Source: an uncultured Bacteroidales bacterium
GTDB lineage: Bacteria > Bacteroidota > Bacteroidia > Bacteroidales > CAZZDX01
NCBI GenBank assembly: GCA_964653185.1
Contig: CAZZDX010000001.1
Span: 1 to 36,017 of the forward strand
Direction of reading: 5' to 3'
DNA length: 36,017 nt
Positions within the stretch are counted from its first letter, which is position 1. Each line of letters begins with the position of its first letter. The translations under genes and the position numbers were made by a program. Of this stretch, positions 32,796 to 36,017 are shown piece after piece. The notes beneath the pieces are model-generated. The model was not told where the DNA came from. It ran no database searches and was given only the letters and a program-made list of their open reading frames with translations.

Positions 32796-35700
32796 TTAAA
32801 CTTTTACAACTTTGTTTTCTCTTATATAGATAAGATATTTTTCTATATTATGATATTCCATTTCTGATAATATTTTAGCATATTCATTAATTTGCTCTTT
32901 ATGTTCCTGAGCAGGTTTGCCTGTTTTATAATCTATTATAATAGTTTTATTGGCAGACATTATTATACGGTCAGGACGAAAGGTCTTTCCTTTTGATGAA
33001 AGTATTTCCGCTTCATTTCGGATAATCAGATTTTTTGCAAAAAAAGGTTTTATTTCAGGATTGGAAAGTAATGTTAATATTTCATTATTTAATTCATTCT
33101 TTTCAAGAGCATTAATTATGTCTTTAAGATACATATCTTCTAATACATTATCAATATCACCTGCATTATTTATTTTTGAAAAAGCTGTGTGAACAATATT
33201 TCCCCATCTTTCATTTTGTGTATCACTAATTTTTAATGGAATTTTTTCTTTCCAGCTGCTAAAAATAAATTTATTCAAATTACATATATTTTCTTCCTGT
33301 TTTGTTGACAAAGGTTTATGAATATCAGCATTCCCATATTCATATTCTAATTTTTCAGGATTATAATCATTTTCTAAATATTTTGCAAATATTTCAGGAA
33401 CAGATTTTAATGGTTGATTTATTTTTTTAGTATTTTGTGTTAAGATATATAATCTTTCAGAAGCCCGCGTCATTACAACATAAAGTAGATTAATAAGGTC
33501 AAGATATGATTTGTCTTTTTCTTTTTCATAAATATCTGAAAATTCAGTATCTAAAAGTCCTTTGTTTACAGGCAACAGCAATACTTTTAATTCTTCAAGT
33601 TTAGTATTATTAAAGTCAACCCAAGTATATTTATTTCTTCCTGTTTCAAATTTTTGTATAGCAAAAGGATATATTACAACAGGAAATTCAAGACCTTTTG
33701 ATTTATGTATAGTCATTATTCTGACAGCATCAATTTCTTCAGGGGCAATGACAGATGTTTTATCTTTTTTATCTTCCCACCACTGAATAAAATCAATAAT
33801 ATTAGTATTATTTTTTAAAGAAAAACTATATACTGCATCAAGAAAAAACTGTATGCCTGAAGAAATATCAAGTTTAAAAATGTGTATAATTTCTTCGCAA
33901 AGTTCATAAACAGAAAGTTTAACTAATTGTGATATATTTAGAGCAAATCCTTGTTTTTTCAGGTAGTCAATAAATGTTTCAACAGGATAATCTTTGTCTT
34001 CTTTAATTTGCTGAAGGACTTGATTTAGAGATTGTGATTTTATCTTTTTGCTGTTAATAAGAAAATTTATTATCTGTGCCTTTGCTATATTATCAGAGTT
34101 ATTATTTAAAAATTTTATTACACCATAGATAAAATTTATTGTATAAGAGTTTCCAAGTATTAACGATTCTGAAGATATTACTTTAATATTATGTTCTATT
34201 AAATATTTGGCTATTCCTGTTGCCTGTTTGTTTTTGCGACATAAAACGGCAATATCTTTAAGTTGAAAATTTTCTTTTGAACATAGCTCTTTTATTATTT
34301 TTTCTGTTTCCTCATAATTAGCATTGTTTAGTTCTTCTGCTGATGGACAATCAAGAAATTTAACTTTTACCAAACCACCTGTATTATCTTTGTCAGGAAT
34401 TTGCTGGTTAATATTTTGATATATGTTTTTATATTCATCAGACAGACAGTTTGCCGCTTCATTAAAAAATGCATTATTAAAATCAATAATTTCTTTTTTT
34501 GAACGATAATTATATTCAAGATTTATCTCTGCATAGTTTCTTCTTAAAGCATTTTCTATCCCGACAAATATGGGATTTACAATTTGTTTGTTATTATTAT
34601 TTGGCACTTTTGGTAAATTAATAAATTGATCTACATCTCCGCCTCGCCATCTGTATATTGCTTGTTTGGCATCGCCTACCAACATATTAAAGTTGTTGTT
34701 AGCCAAAGAGTTATCAATCAGAGGCAAAAAGTTTTGCCATTGAATAAGTGAAGTATCCTGAAATTCATCAATTAAAAAATGTTCATATTTTTCGCCTACG
34801 CGCTCATAGATAAAAGGCACCGGACTTTTTAGTATAACATCTGATATTTTTTTGTTAAATTCAGAAATAAGCACTTTGTTATTTTGTGATTTTATTTCAT
34901 TAAAAGCTTTTTCTATTTCATTTAGCAAAGCAATAAGATATATGTTTTTATTTATAAGCTTGAATAAAGTATATTCATCTAAATATTTTATTATTTCTTC
35001 ATAATAATTTTCAAGCTCATTTTTAATATCATCTATTCGTTTAGATTGTATGCTATTACCAGCATACCATTTGTCATCATTAATAGCATTTTGGACATAA
35101 GAATTTGGTTTTATTTTATCAAAATATTTGTTTTTTATGTTTTCAAAATATTTTCCTATTCCTCTACCTTTCATATAAAAATCATCAGCAGATAAATTGT
35201 TGTTTTTTATTAAATCACAGGATTTTTCTGCATAAGTGTGCATTTCTGTTTCAATATTCTTAATTTCTTTATTAACCTGTTCTTTTATTTTTAAAAAATC
35301 GGAAATAGAAAGTTGTTTTAGTTTTGTTATCAGATATTGAGTGTTTTGGTCTTCTTCAAGTATATATTTAGTAAAATCTTTAAGGTTTTTTTCAACATTC
35401 CAGCTTTTTCCCTGTTTTATTTTTTCGCTCACAAAATCAGTTAATACTTTTGTTAATTTTTCGTTATTGTCTGTATTTACATAGCTAAGTAACAGGTCAA
35501 TAGATTGTGAAATCAGGTCTTCGGTATCAAGTTCAATTTCAGAATTTACAGGAATATTAAGGTCGTGAGTAAAAGTTCTTATAATTTTATAAACAAAGCT
35601 ATCTATTGTCCCTATTGAGAAGTTGTAATAATCGTGTAATATTGATTTAAGAATTTTTTCGGAATTTTCAGATATTTCTTTTTCAGAAAGGTTTGTTTCA

Positions 35701-35945
35701 TTTTTTAAATCACATAATAATGATTTGTAAGCATTTGAGTGTGTGTTTTCTTTTGTTGACAGCATTTTCAGATAACCAAGCACTCTTTGTCTCATTTCGT
35801 CAGCTGCTTTGTTTGTAAAAGTTATGGCAAGGACATTTCTGTATTTCTTTTGCTCAGGATTTTTGAGAATAATTTTCAGATATTCTTTTACAAGAGTATA
35901 TGTCTTGCCAGAGCCGGCTGATGATTTGTAAACAACAAAATTCAT
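32796..35945 (-). CDS. UvrD/REP-type helicase fused to a C-terminal PD-(D/E)XK nuclease (AddA/RecB-like)
   Basis: Walker A AGSGKTY, ITFTNKAADEM, Walker B/motif II LIDEFQDTS, GDAKQAIYRWRGG, TIHKSKGLEFP and LLYVVMTRA. C-terminal nuclease motif FRPDRII...IIIDYKTGK..QINEY. Confidence 0.85.
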   Translation of the reverse strand: MNFVVYKSSAGSGKTYTLVKEYLKIILKNPEQKKYRNVLAITFTNKAADEMRQRVLGYLKMLSTKENTHSNAYKSLLCDLKNETNLSEKEISENSEKILKSILHDYYNFSIGTIDSFVYKIIRTFTHDLNIPVNSEIELDTEDLISQSIDLLLSYVNTDNNEKLTKVLTDFVSEKIKQGKSWNVEKNLKDFTKYILEEDQNTQYLITKLKQLSISDFLKIKEQVNKEIKNIETEMHTYAEKSCDLIKNNNLSADDFYMKGRGIGKYFENIKNKYFDKIKPNSYVQNAINDDKWYAGNSIQSKRIDDIKNELENYYEEIIKYLDEYTLFKLINKNIYLIALLNEIEKAFNEIKSQNNKVLISEFNKKISDVILKSPVPFIYERVGEKYEHFLIDEFQDTSLIQWQNFLPLIDNSLANNNFNMLVGDAKQAIYRWRGGDVDQFINLPKVPNNNNKQIVNPIFVGIENALRRNYAEINLEYNYRSKKEIIDFNNAFFNEAANCLSDEYKNIYQNINQQIPDKDNTGGLVKVKFLDCPSAEELNNANYEETEKIIKELCSKENFQLKDIAVLCRKNKQATGIAKYLIEHNIKVISSESLILGNSYTINFIYGVIKFLNNNSDNIAKAQIINFLINSKKIKSQSLNQVLQQIKEDKDYPVETFIDYLKKQGFALNISQLVKLSVYELCEEIIHIFKLDISSGIQFFLDAVYSFSLKNNTNIIDFIQWWEDKKDKTSVIAPEEIDAVRIMTIHKSKGLEFPVVIYPFAIQKFETGRNKYTWVDFNNTKLEELKVLLLPVNKGLLDTEFSDIYEKEKDKSYLDLINLLYVVMTRASERLYILTQNTKKINQPLKSVPEIFAKYLENDYNPEKLEYEYGNADIHKPLSTKQEENICNLNKFIFSSWKEKIPLKISDTQNERWGNIVHTAFSKINNAGDIDNVLEDMYLKDIINALEKNELNNEILTLLSNPEIKPFFAKNLIIRNEAEILSSKGKTFRPDRIIMSANKTIIIDYKTGKPAQEHKEQINEYAKILSEMEYHNIEKYLIYIRENKVVKV

Positions 35946-36017
35946 TTTAGTAAGATTTTTTTTAACCGTTCACAGCTTATTATTTTATAACTGTTTGTAT
36001 CATTAAACATATATTAA

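Overview
AT-rich chromosomal segment, roughly 30% G+C by eye. Several features point to Bacteroidota: a T9SS C-terminal sorting domain, a DUF1573 protein, TAnnTTTG -7 boxes and a long-form IspG.

Layout:
(1) 336-8714: envelope export cluster with a LolA-like lipoprotein-sorting protein, four FtsX/MacB-type permeases arranged A-B-A'-B', one ABC ATPase, a 613-bp repeat-filled spacer, and a beta-barrel protein.
(2) 8774-18801: a defence island that looks richer in G+C than its flanks. It runs rhuM, an orphan 3-TM protein, then a tightly packed type I R-M operon: hsdM, DUF1016 nuclease, hsdS, RAYT-like Y1 transposase, hsdR, flavodoxin.
(3) 18844-35945: mostly housekeeping genes: BadF-type sugar kinase, rnz, a T9SS cargo protein, purC, a RelA/SpoT homologue, an exported Memo-like protein, rpmB, a C-N hydrolase, ispG, a DUF1573 protein and an AddA-like helicase-nuclease.

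The most unusual observation is an apparently intact GIY-YIG nuclease module inserted in-frame, as exactly 115 codons, inside the HsdR helicase between motif I and the DECH box. It is bounded by 14-bp direct repeats. These belong to a 15-mer family (CTGAGCYTGYCGAAG) that occurs in both orientations within hsdR and again in the 7.2-7.4 kb spacer.

The intergenic spacers also carry many short GC-rich hairpins, simple tandem repeats, and one foldback element of about 276 bp flanked by 18-bp direct repeats. No rRNA gene, tRNA gene or CRISPR array was seen. All homology calls come from motif recognition by eye, not from database searches.
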